64,000 bases of DNA from a virus: IMG/VR virus record IMGVR_UViG_3300034082_004296, positions 64,001 through 128,000 of that record, one strand, 5' to 3'. The notes under the pieces were generated by a model that was given only the letters and a program-made list of their open reading frames with translations, was not told the origin of the DNA and did no database searches. Position 1 is the first letter of the stretch; the number at the start of each line of letters is the position of its first letter. A program made the translations under genes and the position numbers. Below are positions 40,338 to 50,015 of this stretch, one piece after another.

Positions 40338-41055
40338 ACTCTTCTACTACAGAAAGGTTTGATAGTTTTAAAAGAGTTTGTATTCCGGCAAAAACATCAC
40401 GTTGACAATATTCAGCAATTCGTTGAGTATCTCCATCTTGCCAAAAAACTCGACTAACTTCTTCCCCTTTGATATCTCCCTTTGGAGTCTCAAGACCAAT
40501 TGAGGTCACTAATAATTCAAGAGAAACAAATCCCTCTTGCCATGCTCCAAAACTCCATAACTCAGAAGTATCAATAAATGGCATTTCCCAAGGCTTAAGG
40601 TTTTGGATCTGTAAGCCCTTAGGTAGGGATCTTCCATGGATCAGGAGTCTCTTGCACATCATGGGTATGTCAAAGCGTTTGATATTATGGCCTGAAAACT
40701 TTAAGGCTGCAAACTTATCGAATACTTTTTGAATTCCATCTAATACTTCGTCTTCATGCCCTGAACAGTAGCTTTTTATGATTACATTAGGATCCTCTCC
40801 AATAAAGTTAAGTCGACCAAAGGTAGCACAGACTATTCTCGCAAACTCTGGAGTCAAGGCCGCTTTTGCTTCATATAATTGCTCGTCAGTCATGTCTCGA
40901 TTCTCTTCAAATCGGGAACGAAGATATTCACAACGTTTTGACCAAAGCTCAGCCATCTTTGGCTTATTAAGAGCTAATTGATCTAGTGATTCGTATTCTG
41001 ATGCTGTTTCCAGGTCAAAGAATACTGTTTTTGCTAATTCTGCAGGTGTGTACAT
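40321..41055 (-). CDS. Stand-alone PolB-related DEDD 3'-5' exonuclease
   Basis: FFDLET, GHNIKRFDIP, KPWE..IDT..LW.FG, YCQRDV. Confidence 0.85.
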
Positions 41056-41065
41056 GTATTTGGTT

Positions 41066-41188
41066 TTAATTATTATCGTTATCTAAATCGTCAGCCTCAT
41101 TGTATACTCTTCGAACCACTTCTATTATTAGAACGATTGCTAAAAAAGTAGCTATAAAAGCTGCTGAAATAATTACTAATGTTTTCAT
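41066..41188 (-). CDS. Possible 40-aa single-TM protein
   Basis: Manual ORF MKTLVIISAAFIATFLAIVLIIEVVRRVYNEADDLDNDNN fills the gap. Confidence 0.45.
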   Translation of the reverse strand: MKTLVIISAAFIATFLAIVLIIEVVRRVYNEADDLDNDNN

Positions 41189-41203
41189 AGTCTTCTATTT
41201 TTT

Positions 41204-41812
41204 TTAATCCCACCAGTGCTTCATACCGTTTCCATTGAACCACTTATTCCAGACTTCTTCTGTACCGGTTTTAGGGTTTTCGGATTTTGCTTTATCTAAG
41301 AGCATGATATAGTGAGTATGTTCCTGTCCTTCAAATATCTTCCAAAGTTCTTTCCATTCTTTATCTTCTAATTCATGAGAAAGCTCAAACAGTTTACGGT
41401 TTTTTTCGGTCACCTTTTTAGGTTCTCCATCACCAGTAATACTATAATTTAGGTTTACTTTATAACCTAGCTCCCCTTCTGCTAACTCAAGATAATCTTC
41501 ATTTGATTGTCGATTAAGTATCTCAATCGCTCTCTTGATTGCCGCAACTTTTTTTAGTCGAGGCTCGTCTACTTCGTTACCGTGATATTCTAATGTATGG
41601 GCTAAAGGTTCAAGCGAACGGCTTAGGATCTTCATTTGATAACTGGAGTCCCATGACCTATATTGCCAAATAACTTTCCAGAAAAAAAAGATATTCTTTA
41701 TTCCTTGCACTAGGTCGTATCTGAAAAAATTCCATGCTTGCCAGTACCATCTCTGACGATTGATTATTCTCTGAATTGAGTCAAAAAACCCGTCTGCAAA
41801 TTTAATTTCCAT
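41204..41812 (-). CDS. Hypothetical protein
   Basis: 202 aa, Trp-rich, ends GMKHWWD. Confidence 0.65.
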   Translation of the reverse strand: MEIKFADGFFDSIQRIINRQRWYWQAWNFFRYDLVQGIKNIFFFWKVIWQYRSWDSSYQMKILSRSLEPLAHTLEYHGNEVDEPRLKKVAAIKRAIEILNRQSNEDYLELAEGELGYKVNLNYSITGDGEPKKVTEKNRKLFELSHELEDKEWKELWKIFEGQEHTHYIMLLDKAKSENPKTGTEEVWNKWFNGNGMKHWWD

Positions 41813-42152
41813 ATTCTTTGTAATTTTTATCTATATGTAGGTCAAAAATATTTTGAGCTTGATCTAGATCAGCCGCAGTAGGTCCAGGGTTAGTAATCCT
41901 AATAAATCCATTTTGATATACTGAAAGGTATTCAAGGTCAGCTAACACTATTTTGTTTTTTTGTAAAGCCTTTATATAGTTACAAAAATTCTTATATACA
42001 TTTGAAGGTGCCACTTTTTTAAGGATTTTTAATCTCTCGGTTGAGATAAATGGAGTGACATAATTTTCACTATCTGCATAGAGAAGGCCAACTGTGATCT
42101 GGTCATCAGTCATTGATGTTAGTCGATATGATAAAAAACTTATGTGTGCCAT
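41802..42152 (-). CDS. Hypothetical protein (start revised to 42152)
   Basis: MAHISFLSY start avoids overlap with the upstream gene. Confidence 0.5.
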   Translation of the reverse strand: MAHISFLSYRLTSMTDDQITVGLLYADSENYVTPFISTERLKILKKVAPSNVYKNFCNYIKALQKNKIVLADLEYLSVYQNGFIRITNPGPTAADLDQAQNIFDLHIDKNYKEYGN

Positions 42153-42153
42153 T

Positions 42154-42663
42154 TTAACTAAAGTCAGTTGATGTGGATACTCTAAGCCCATCGATAATAA
42201 GATCAAAATATTTTTCATGATCATATCCATATTCTCGATGATAGCCCTCTTTTTTCATGTGGTCTAGATAATCTTGATTGTATAAAAATCCATCAGGTTC
42301 GCCCCAAGAAAGGGCCATTTGGATAAACTCCTCTACTTCTTGTTCAGCTCCATATTCATCGACTACTCTACCGCTACGAATAAAGGCAAGAAGTTCCTCC
42401 TTGTCCCGGTAATACTTTTCCTTATTGAAATTCCAACAGAACCGCCAGCCCATGCTTCGCTTACCTAGATGAATTGAAGTTCCATCAATAAATTCGCTCC
42501 AAGGTGAGTGGTATTCCCAGGTAGATTCACTATTTTCTAGCGTGCAAAAGCCTCTCTCGATTGTTCCTGGCGAAAGATCAAGACTCTCTACTCTCTCTTG
42601 GAGTTTCTTTTTTCTCTCAAGCAATTCAGCGTGAGTCGGTATTCTATAATAATTTGTTCCCAT
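42154..42663 (-). CDS. Hypothetical phage protein
   Basis: MGTNYY...IHLGKRSMGWRF...VDEYG...DFS pattern common in phage hypotheticals. Confidence 0.65.
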   Translation of the reverse strand: MGTNYYRIPTHAELLERKKKLQERVESLDLSPGTIERGFCTLENSESTWEYHSPWSEFIDGTSIHLGKRSMGWRFCWNFNKEKYYRDKEELLAFIRSGRVVDEYGAEQEVEEFIQMALSWGEPDGFLYNQDYLDHMKKEGYHREYGYDHEKYFDLIIDGLRVSTSTDFS

Positions 42664-42664
42664 T

Positions 42665-42913
42665 TTAATTTAGTGCAAATTCATATTCTTTTTTAGTTGT
42701 TTTTGAGTCATCTGTGACTCTAAATCGAGTAGCATCATACCCGATCCACCGCATGCCCATCCTAGTTATCCCTTCATTGGTAATACCTTGAATAATGTAA
42801 ACTCTTTGATCTAGGGCATTGTGATACTCGTTCTCAATAACGTATTCGTTTCCTTCAATCACACAGGCGCCCTCAGGTTGATTCTTATCATTTATACATA
42901 CTACTCTTTTCAT
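42665..42913 (-). CDS. Hypothetical protein
   Basis: MKRVVCIND small phage protein. Confidence 0.6.
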   Translation of the reverse strand: MKRVVCINDKNQPEGACVIEGNEYVIENEYHNALDQRVYIIQGITNEGITRMGMRWIGYDATRFRVTDDSKTTKKEYEFALN

Positions 42914-42914
42914 A

Positions 42915-43484
42915 TTAAGTTCTTTTTAATATTAAACAACCATCAGCATCAAGTTTTGGTATTTGCTTATATGTAGTAATTTTATTGCCGCTACCTTTAA
43001 CTCCTTTTATAGCACCAACTATTTTAGTTTCATCTATAACGTTTTTCATCACAACCTCAACATCCCATTCAGTTTGTTGTAGTGATTTTTTAAAAACATC
43101 AAAAGTGGGTTCATTTTGTACATGGAAAAACGCTTCTCTTAATTGTTCCTCACTAAACTTCTTATCACCCATCAACTCAAGTGCTTTTACGATTTCAGAT
43201 GCGCCTGCAATATAAGCAATATAAGCACTATTGTTTTCAGGGTGTGCATTTGAAAATTCAACTGCTTTATCTACAATGTTAAAATCGTTAATTTTCTTAG
43301 CAACCAACTCATCCAAATCGTAACCACGTTCAATTACTTGACAGTTTTTGAGTGATAGTTTATATCTAATAGGACCTTCTTCTATGTTTAAAGATTCAAT
43401 CAGTCCGTGGTTTGTTGAACCTTTTAGGAATCCTTGTGTAAATAGTTCATAACTATCAATAGTTCTAATTAGTTTTGCTTTCAT
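42915..43484 (-). CDS. Hypothetical protein
   Basis: KLSLKNCQ...TEWDVEV...PKLDADGCLILK; start likely MKAKL. Confidence 0.6.
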   Translation of the reverse strand: MKAKLIRTIDSYELFTQGFLKGSTNHGLIESLNIEEGPIRYKLSLKNCQVIERGYDLDELVAKKINDFNIVDKAVEFSNAHPENNSAYIAYIAGASEIVKALELMGDKKFSEEQLREAFFHVQNEPTFDVFKKSLQQTEWDVEVVMKNVIDETKIVGAIKGVKGSGNKITTYKQIPKLDADGCLILKRT

Positions 43485-43485
43485 A

Positions 43486-44418
43486 TTATTCAAATTCAAA
43501 TTTTAGTGACTCAAAAACTATCCCTTCTCCTGCACGATAGCGAAGAACGGCTAGATCCTTGGCTTTAGCCTCGACTTCAACGTCAGCATCAAATCCATAG
43601 TCTGGAATGGAATCATATACATAATCCGCATGGGAACGATTAATTACTGATGAATCTTCGTATAGAGCCTTAGGACTGGAATAGTGCTGGAGGGGGGTAA
43701 TTTGGCCCCAGGTGGAAGCAGCTAGATTGGCAGCCTCGCTAGCTGAGATATCATTAGTACAAAAACGGTGATGGAAGTGATCAAAGGTAATTGGGCAACC
43801 AACCACTCGATGAATGCCATTGAATAGATCAATAACACCAAACTGACTAGGTTTATCGTCGTTTTCGACCACTAGTCTAGCTTGGGTAGAAGGAGCAAGC
43901 CTTTTGAAATTTTCACAAAAGCGCTGCATTGCAGTTAGTTTGTCACCATACGAACCACCAACATGGATATTGATTGCAGAACTATGGTCTCGAGGAAGAT
44001 CCATCATGTCCATAATGCGAGCATGTTGGTCAAGGTCATATATAGTTTTACGAACCACTTCGGGATTTGGAGAGGCAAGCACATCAAACTGGCCTGGGTG
44101 AAAGGAGAGCCGCATATTGTATAACGTAATGAATGGGCCGACTTTTGCTGCAAGCTTAGAAATCTCATCATATTGAGGAAGATCTTCAAACCTATACTCG
44201 CTCATCCAGGGAAAGAGATCACTGGACATGCGATAAATCTCTATTCCATTAGATTGGTTCCATTGGAGTATCTTGAGAAGATCAGTAAGGTTATGTATGA
44301 TGAGCTCGCTCACATAGTCTAATCCACGTTCATCAAAGGTCTTACGTATCATGCCCCGATTAGTACTTATTCCCTGATCCTTCAGGCTTAAGTTTATACA
44401 GCAATATCCTAGTCTCAT
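43486..44418 (-). CDS. uvsE: UV-damage endonuclease (UvsE/UVDE)
   Basis: MRLGYCCIN, YRMSSDLFP, RLSFHPGQF, NIHVGG, RLVVENDD, FDHFHH, HADY, EAKAKD. Confidence 0.93.
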   Translation of the reverse strand: MRLGYCCINLSLKDQGISTNRGMIRKTFDERGLDYVSELIIHNLTDLLKILQWNQSNGIEIYRMSSDLFPWMSEYRFEDLPQYDEISKLAAKVGPFITLYNMRLSFHPGQFDVLASPNPEVVRKTIYDLDQHARIMDMMDLPRDHSSAINIHVGGSYGDKLTAMQRFCENFKRLAPSTQARLVVENDDKPSQFGVIDLFNGIHRVVGCPITFDHFHHRFCTNDISASEAANLAASTWGQITPLQHYSSPKALYEDSSVINRSHADYVYDSIPDYGFDADVEVEAKAKDLAVLRYRAGEGIVFESLKFEFE

Positions 44419-44637
44419 GTGACTATAATACTCTTTTTTTTCTAACATTAAAAAAATTTTCGTGCGCGCGAGTACTACTAAAGTATCTTTATAGTAATTA
44501 ATTAAGTAAGAATAGAAGTAATACTTACTATAATAGTACTATAGAGTACTCCCACCCGCCATCCCTATTGTACTAGCGTAAAGCTTATTGGTTTTAAAAT
44601 TAAGATAAATAAAAAAATAGGAAAATAATAAACGACT

Positions 44638-44805
44638 ATGGCTAATTGGATAAATTCTTGGAAAAGTAATAATAAAAAAAGTAAATACACTTTAACATTA
44701 CGTTTAGGTAAAGTAACTCTATTTGAATTAGATATCTGTTTTTGTAATAAAAAGGAGTGTAGAAAATTTAGACTTATGCTACTTAATTTTGGTTTTGAAT
44801 TATAG
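44638..44805 (+). CDS. Small hypothetical late protein (55 aa)
   Basis: Manual ORF MANWINSWKSNNKKSKYTLTLRLGKVTLFEL...FGFEL, preceded by GATAAATAA at 44604. Confidence 0.55.
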   Translation: MANWINSWKSNNKKSKYTLTLRLGKVTLFELDICFCNKKECRKFRLMLLNFGFEL

Positions 44806-44825
44806 ATAAATATTATTTAGCAGGG

Positions 44826-44852
44826 AAACTCTTAACTTATCCTAAGTACAAT
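44826..44852 (+). promoter_or_regulatory. Putative early/middle promoter AAAC-N16-GTACAAT
   Basis: Upstream of the RuvC-like/gp55-like genes. Confidence 0.6.
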
Positions 44853-44884
44853 ACTACTATGTTTTTAAAAATTATCAGTCATGA

Positions 44885-45544
44885 ATGACTATAGTCAGCA
44901 TCGATTTTTCAATACTCTATCCGGGTATTTGTATCTGTAAGGATTTTAAGGAGTTTAAGTGGCTCTCTGTAGTAAACACTAAAGTTAGAAAGGTAGATCA
45001 AGAAAACCTAGACTATTTAGTACAAAACTACCCTAACATAAAAATCACAAAGACTAACACAGTCAGAAAGACTCATCCAGAGTATCATATCACAGAACGT
45101 GTAAAACTGATAAACTATCAAGAATTAATCTCTAAAATTATTACTGAACTATTACTCGAAGTAGGCGACGATGAAGTTATTGTTGCAATCGAAGGAATCT
45201 CATTTGGATCTAAAGGAAACTCACTAGTCGATATTTCACAATCTACAGGAATTTTAAAACATGAACTCTTAACTCGGGTGCTAAAAAACAACGCAGACCG
45301 ACTCTTTATCTTTAGCCCTAGCGAACTTAAAAACGCGATAGGCTGTAAAGGAAACGCGAATAAAATGGATATATTTAACCAGTTTAAGAGCGAGCCTCAA
45401 ATTGAAGCAATAAAGAGCTCTGACTTGTACAAAGCAGTAAACGCCGAGAAATGGATAGTCCAGGGAGACAAGATACTTTCTCCCGTAATTGACATGGTAG
45501 ACTCAGTATTAGGAATAATCAAGGTCTACCAGCTTTCAAAATAA
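44885..45544 (+). CDS. RuvC-like (RNase H fold) Holliday-junction resolvase/endonuclease
   Basis: SIDFS..PG, IEGISFGS, SPSELK...GKGNANK-like segment, DMVDS. Confidence 0.72.
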   Translation: MTIVSIDFSILYPGICICKDFKEFKWLSVVNTKVRKVDQENLDYLVQNYPNIKITKTNTVRKTHPEYHITERVKLINYQELISKIITELLLEVGDDEVIVAIEGISFGSKGNSLVDISQSTGILKHELLTRVLKNNADRLFIFSPSELKNAIGCKGNANKMDIFNQFKSEPQIEAIKSSDLYKAVNAEKWIVQGDKILSPVIDMVDSVLGIIKVYQLSK

Positions 45545-45554
45545 TCAAGCATAA

Positions 45555-45953
45555 ATGGCTAGAAAAAAGAAAGGGGACACCCATTATATTAACAATAGAG
45601 AATTTACAGCAGACATCATTGAGTGTAAAAAGAACGGTGAGCTTTCAAAGTTCTCAGTAGACTGTTTTATTTCGCTTGCAAATAGAGCGGCTGACCGTCT
45701 CTATTTTAGAGATTATCGTGACCGAGAAGACTGTATTCAGTCTGCAATCCTAGACTGCCTAAAATACTGGAAGAGCTTTGATGAGACCAAGATGATTTCT
45801 CCAAACGCTTTTGCATACTTTACACAAATTTGCAAAAATGGATACGCTAAAGAGTGGAAAAAGATCCACAAAAAGACGGGTCTTGATGCTGATGACACCT
45901 TAGAGTTCATCTCCATTAGTACTAGCGGAGAAAATTCAGTATACAGCATATAA
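45555..45953 (+). CDS. Late-transcription sigma factor (T4 gp55-like)
   Basis: HYINNREF, EDCIQSAILDCLKYWKSFDETK, NAFAYFTQI. Confidence 0.8.
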   Translation: MARKKKGDTHYINNREFTADIIECKKNGELSKFSVDCFISLANRAADRLYFRDYRDREDCIQSAILDCLKYWKSFDETKMISPNAFAYFTQICKNGYAKEWKKIHKKTGLDADDTLEFISISTSGENSVYSI

Positions 45954-45966
45954 AGTTATCTAATCT

Positions 45967-45975
45967 AATAAATAA
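45967..45975 (+). promoter_or_regulatory. Late promoter motif AATAAATAA
   Basis: 20 nt before ATG 45996. Confidence 0.65.
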
Positions 45976-45995
45976 CCTAAAGCCAGCAGACACTA

Positions 45996-48900
45996 ATGAA
46001 TGTTCAAAATTTAAACTTTTTTGATAAGTTTGGAAAGAACCTAAACTTTCTGTACGATAACATAGACTCAGTATGGAGAGGTAAGATCTTTTTTAAAAAT
46101 ATCTCGATCTATCTTTTTGATAACGAGAACCTCTTTATACTAGAGGAAGTATCAGCAAACGTCTATAAGTTTCCTACCCTTGCTCAAGGCCAATCTCTAA
46201 AGTTTGTTTGGCAAGACTCTAAGAATAGCGACGAGATGTTTCTGTATGACGTAGTTCGAGACACTACTCTACTTGAAAACTTTATTAACAAGATTGCATC
46301 ATCAACCATCTCTCACTCTGACTTTTCAAATAGTCCTGCTCCACTTGACCTTAAGATGCCATTACAGGTAAACCTTGCGTTTAGTCCAAACACTGAGATC
46401 GCATATGAGAGAAAGCTCTTAATTAATTTAATTGATGGATCTATTGAAACTACGATAGCAGAATTTGACATATATGGAGAGGGAATTGAGGAGGAGGAAA
46501 GATTTAAGACATGGGCCCAAAACTTTGGAATCCGGTTCCTAAGAGAGGATGCAAACATTCTTAAAGACTACGACATAAAGGAGGCATTTCCAGACATGGA
46601 TGCTCTAAATAAAGCAAGAAAACAGTTACTTGTTAACAAGGAGGAGATCTATCCATATATTGGTACTTATCGAGGACTAATTAACTTTATCAACATTCTA
46701 GGTTATCGCGATCTATTAAAAGTAAAGGAATACTGGCAGAATATTAACGCTAGCTCTGCATATTTTAATAAGCTAGCAATGGTTGATATCACTGACTATT
46801 TGGATGACGGTAAGATCCAGTCGCTAGATTTAGTTGACAAAAACAGCAACCTAAAATCAGGTAAGCAGTTTAAAAAGACTGAGTTTCTTGCCCTAGTCTA
46901 TGAATTTACTAGGGTCACTGGAGAATTCGATGATGATGGGATTCCACTAATTGAGGAGACCACTGATTTTACAGTGGATGAAGTTTTCTATAAATTAAAC
47001 CTTCTTCAAAAAAAGCTAAAAACCGAGATACTGCCGATTAACGTTAAAATAAAAGACGTAATTGGAGAGTTTATCTACTTTCAAAAGCTAACTATAAACT
47101 ATTGGCCTGACTCTACGATAATCCGCGACTATCAAATTAACGAATCGGTTGAGATCGGGGTCTATCCTGGAAACAGCACAAACCTTGTGCTCAGGTCACT
47201 GGATCCCCTATATCGACAAGCTGATCCCAATGGAGCTGATTTTGGAGTAGTTCGATTTAATGACACAGCCAAAAATCCATTTGAGAACTTTCAATATTAT
47301 GCAAAGTCTGAGATTCCAGCAATCGTTGAGTACATTACTGAGTTTTATGATAACATTCGAGACCAGCGACTACCTGATCTTGGAGCTAGACTTAGCTGGG
47401 AATACGGTGACGATCCTCAACGTGTGATAGGAGCACCAATAGTACTTGTTGCAGACATAGACAAACTTACATTAAATGATGTTAAAGGGGTTAAGTTAGA
47501 GGACTTGGACGAGATTGCAGTAGGGCTAAGTGCTTATTGGACCCTTGAGAATATTGACTTTCGTAACTATTATGAGATCAAGTGGAAGATAACTAAACCC
47601 GGACCAAACCCATATAATTTTGAATATCGAGGTCGAATAGCTGATCTATATCAGCTTCCTCACTTTCTTCCATTTGCTGGAAAATATCGAATAACGATCG
47701 AGCTTTACGATTTTTGCGGAAACACTAGCGTGTTTTCAAAGTTTATCGAAGTCTCAGATCAAATGAAACCAGAAATAATTGCTTTTTCAAGAATAGAGGA
47801 CAAGTTCGAATATTCTATCAAAAACTTAAGCAATGTTCAACTAAGAGATTTTGGCTCGTCTCCAATCTATTATCCAAAAATTAATGTTCTAGATAATGAA
47901 GACACTGCAGTTAAAATCGATCTTTATAAGAACTTAACTGAATGGGGATCATTTTTCATGAACCGGTATGGTATGGGTCAAAACATATACGATGTTGACA
48001 TATACGATGTCGATACTGCAGCATATGTCGCATATAATGATCCCTTACAAAACCATCCTAGAAAAAGATATTGGGGTCTTGGAGAAAACGACACACCAAT
48101 CACTCTAAAAGATTTTAGAGATATTGAGATCGGCTCACTATATTGGATGCGATTAAATAGCTTTGTTCACGTTGATGATTTTGAAGCCGGTTTCTACTTC
48201 TATACACCAACGGCTGGTGACACAATACAAATTTCATTGTTTACCCCATATGTTATCCCAGCATTTACTAGCTTAGATAATCTATGCACTATCCTGAATG
48301 CCAGCATCGATCCAGCAATAAGCCTATTTACCTATTCTGTTTTAAACGGAACTGATATTCATGCACAAGCCAAATTCCTAAGTAAAGAATTATACCACAC
48401 AATATCGTATAGCGGCGCCACGATAACCGGTGATACTTACACGTATTTTACTCCTAAAAAAGTATTTTCAACCTCTCTTGTAAATCACTTAGTCGCAAAC
48501 TATCCAGCCTTTGAGGAAGAAAATCTATTTGTTTTTGCCAAGACGAGCGACGTTCTTTCGGGTAACATGCAAAATCCATCATTTTGGGTCGATGATTACT
48601 GGTATTTTGATAACAATCAGCAATATGGGTTCATACCTACAACAATTGACCAAAACGTGTTTAACCTTGGTGATATTAAACTTTTCAAGGACACGTTTAC
48701 TATTCCTGAAAACGGAATAGTCTTTTTTGTAGTTAATAACTTAGATGGAAAAAATGATTTTATCTGGTCGCTAACTAATACTGTTACTGGAGAAGAGATG
48801 ATGAGAGTAAAATCAGTTCCTTTCTTTATCTGGAAGTTTAAAGATATTGGAAATTTCTCACTTAGCGTGCGAGTGATAGATAATCGTGAAACAAATTACG

Positions 48901-49013
48901 AAAACTCAGTACAAAACTTTATTAGAGTTCTAAATAAGACCCAATATTCCTTTGAGATTGAGGATCGACTCAACGTTAGGAAAAACTACTTAATAAAGAA
49001 CTCTGTTGCTTAA
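45996..49013 (+). CDS. Large virion structural protein (baseplate-like)
   Basis: 1005 aa; YIGTYRGLINFINILGY resembles baseplate wedge motifs; late motif upstream. Confidence 0.55.
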   Translation: MNVQNLNFFDKFGKNLNFLYDNIDSVWRGKIFFKNISIYLFDNENLFILEEVSANVYKFPTLAQGQSLKFVWQDSKNSDEMFLYDVVRDTTLLENFINKIASSTISHSDFSNSPAPLDLKMPLQVNLAFSPNTEIAYERKLLINLIDGSIETTIAEFDIYGEGIEEEERFKTWAQNFGIRFLREDANILKDYDIKEAFPDMDALNKARKQLLVNKEEIYPYIGTYRGLINFINILGYRDLLKVKEYWQNINASSAYFNKLAMVDITDYLDDGKIQSLDLVDKNSNLKSGKQFKKTEFLALVYEFTRVTGEFDDDGIPLIEETTDFTVDEVFYKLNLLQKKLKTEILPINVKIKDVIGEFIYFQKLTINYWPDSTIIRDYQINESVEIGVYPGNSTNLVLRSLDPLYRQADPNGADFGVVRFNDTAKNPFENFQYYAKSEIPAIVEYITEFYDNIRDQRLPDLGARLSWEYGDDPQRVIGAPIVLVADIDKLTLNDVKGVKLEDLDEIAVGLSAYWTLENIDFRNYYEIKWKITKPGPNPYNFEYRGRIADLYQLPHFLPFAGKYRITIELYDFCGNTSVFSKFIEVSDQMKPEIIAFSRIEDKFEYSIKNLSNVQLRDFGSSPIYYPKINVLDNEDTAVKIDLYKNLTEWGSFFMNRYGMGQNIYDVDIYDVDTAAYVAYNDPLQNHPRKRYWGLGENDTPITLKDFRDIEIGSLYWMRLNSFVHVDDFEAGFYFYTPTAGDTIQISLFTPYVIPAFTSLDNLCTILNASIDPAISLFTYSVLNGTDIHAQAKFLSKELYHTISYSGATITGDTYTYFTPKKVFSTSLVNHLVANYPAFEEENLFVFAKTSDVLSGNMQNPSFWVDDYWYFDNNQQYGFIPTTIDQNVFNLGDIKLFKDTFTIPENGIVFFVVNNLDGKNDFIWSLTNTVTGEEMMRVKSVPFFIWKFKDIGNFSLSVRVIDNRETNYENSVQNFIRVLNKTQYSFEIEDRLNVRKNYLIKNSVA

Positions 49014-49014
49014 T

Positions 49015-49023
49015 AATAAATAA
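49015..49023 (+). promoter_or_regulatory. Late promoter motif AATAAATAA
   Basis: 19 nt before ATG 49043. Confidence 0.65.
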
Positions 49024-49042
49024 CTAAAATAATTAATTAATT

Positions 49043-49996
49043 ATGCCTTTTACGCCGATTTCGTTACCGATTCAGCAGATGCTACTAACTAATTTTGTTA
49101 CGGACATTGCGACTATAACAAATGCTAATACTCTGCTTCTTCAAGCACAGCTTGAAGACTTAATAAATGACCTTGAAATCGATATTTCGAACAAGACAAT
49201 AGGCACCGATACCCCAATCAACTATTTAAAATCAGATACTGTTATTCTACAGGATACTGGTCTAATCTATCAGACAGGCTCACCGACTCCGACTATTATT
49301 GCAACACTAGCTAAAAACATAAGTAATGAGTCAGTTCTTACTGTAGATCATCTGGTCAATAATATCACAGCTGGATTTGATGTTGTTACTCTAAACGATT
49401 TGACAGTCAATACTTCAGCTATTTTTACAGGAACAGCTGATTTTAATGCTCCACTCACAATAAATTCTAGCGTAATCGAATCAAAAGAGAGCATTCAGGA
49501 AGATCTTCTTTGGACTGGGACACCTGCAACTCCAGCGGAAGCAACGATTACATTAAGTAACACTTCTAGACAGAACATATTTCTTACATTAAAGGCAAGC
49601 ACTGCACCTGACCCAACTCCAGTATATGATGGAGTCGGAACAATCAACTCAAACATCAATGAATTTAATGTAATCATTGATTTTGATGCAGTCAACCCAC
49701 CAGCCCAAAACACAAAATTCACCATTTATCTGATTGATATTATTGATTCAGTAGCATTAAACACGATAATTAGTCCAGCGGTCCAGGCAGCTGCAATTCC
49801 AATAAAGTTTCTTGCTGGTACCAACCTAAATACTACAAATGCAATCATATTGCACGATAACACTAGCTCAGTAGGAGTTGCAGATACTACTTTTATTAAT
49901 CAGTATGGAACTAGTGTTACGTTTAACTATATAATTGATGTAAATAATGACGACCGCCTTCTTGCTACAAGCCTAGTTGGAACGTCAGTATTCTAA
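49043..49996 (+). CDS. Virion structural protein
   Basis: Thr/Asn/Ile-rich beta composition; late motif upstream. Confidence 0.55.
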   Translation: MPFTPISLPIQQMLLTNFVTDIATITNANTLLLQAQLEDLINDLEIDISNKTIGTDTPINYLKSDTVILQDTGLIYQTGSPTPTIIATLAKNISNESVLTVDHLVNNITAGFDVVTLNDLTVNTSAIFTGTADFNAPLTINSSVIESKESIQEDLLWTGTPATPAEATITLSNTSRQNIFLTLKASTAPDPTPVYDGVGTINSNINEFNVIIDFDAVNPPAQNTKFTIYLIDIIDSVALNTIISPAVQAAAIPIKFLAGTNLNTTNAIILHDNTSSVGVADTTFINQYGTSVTFNYIIDVNNDDRLLATSLVGTSVF

Positions 49997-50015
49997 TAAA
50001 AAAAGAAAAAATTAA

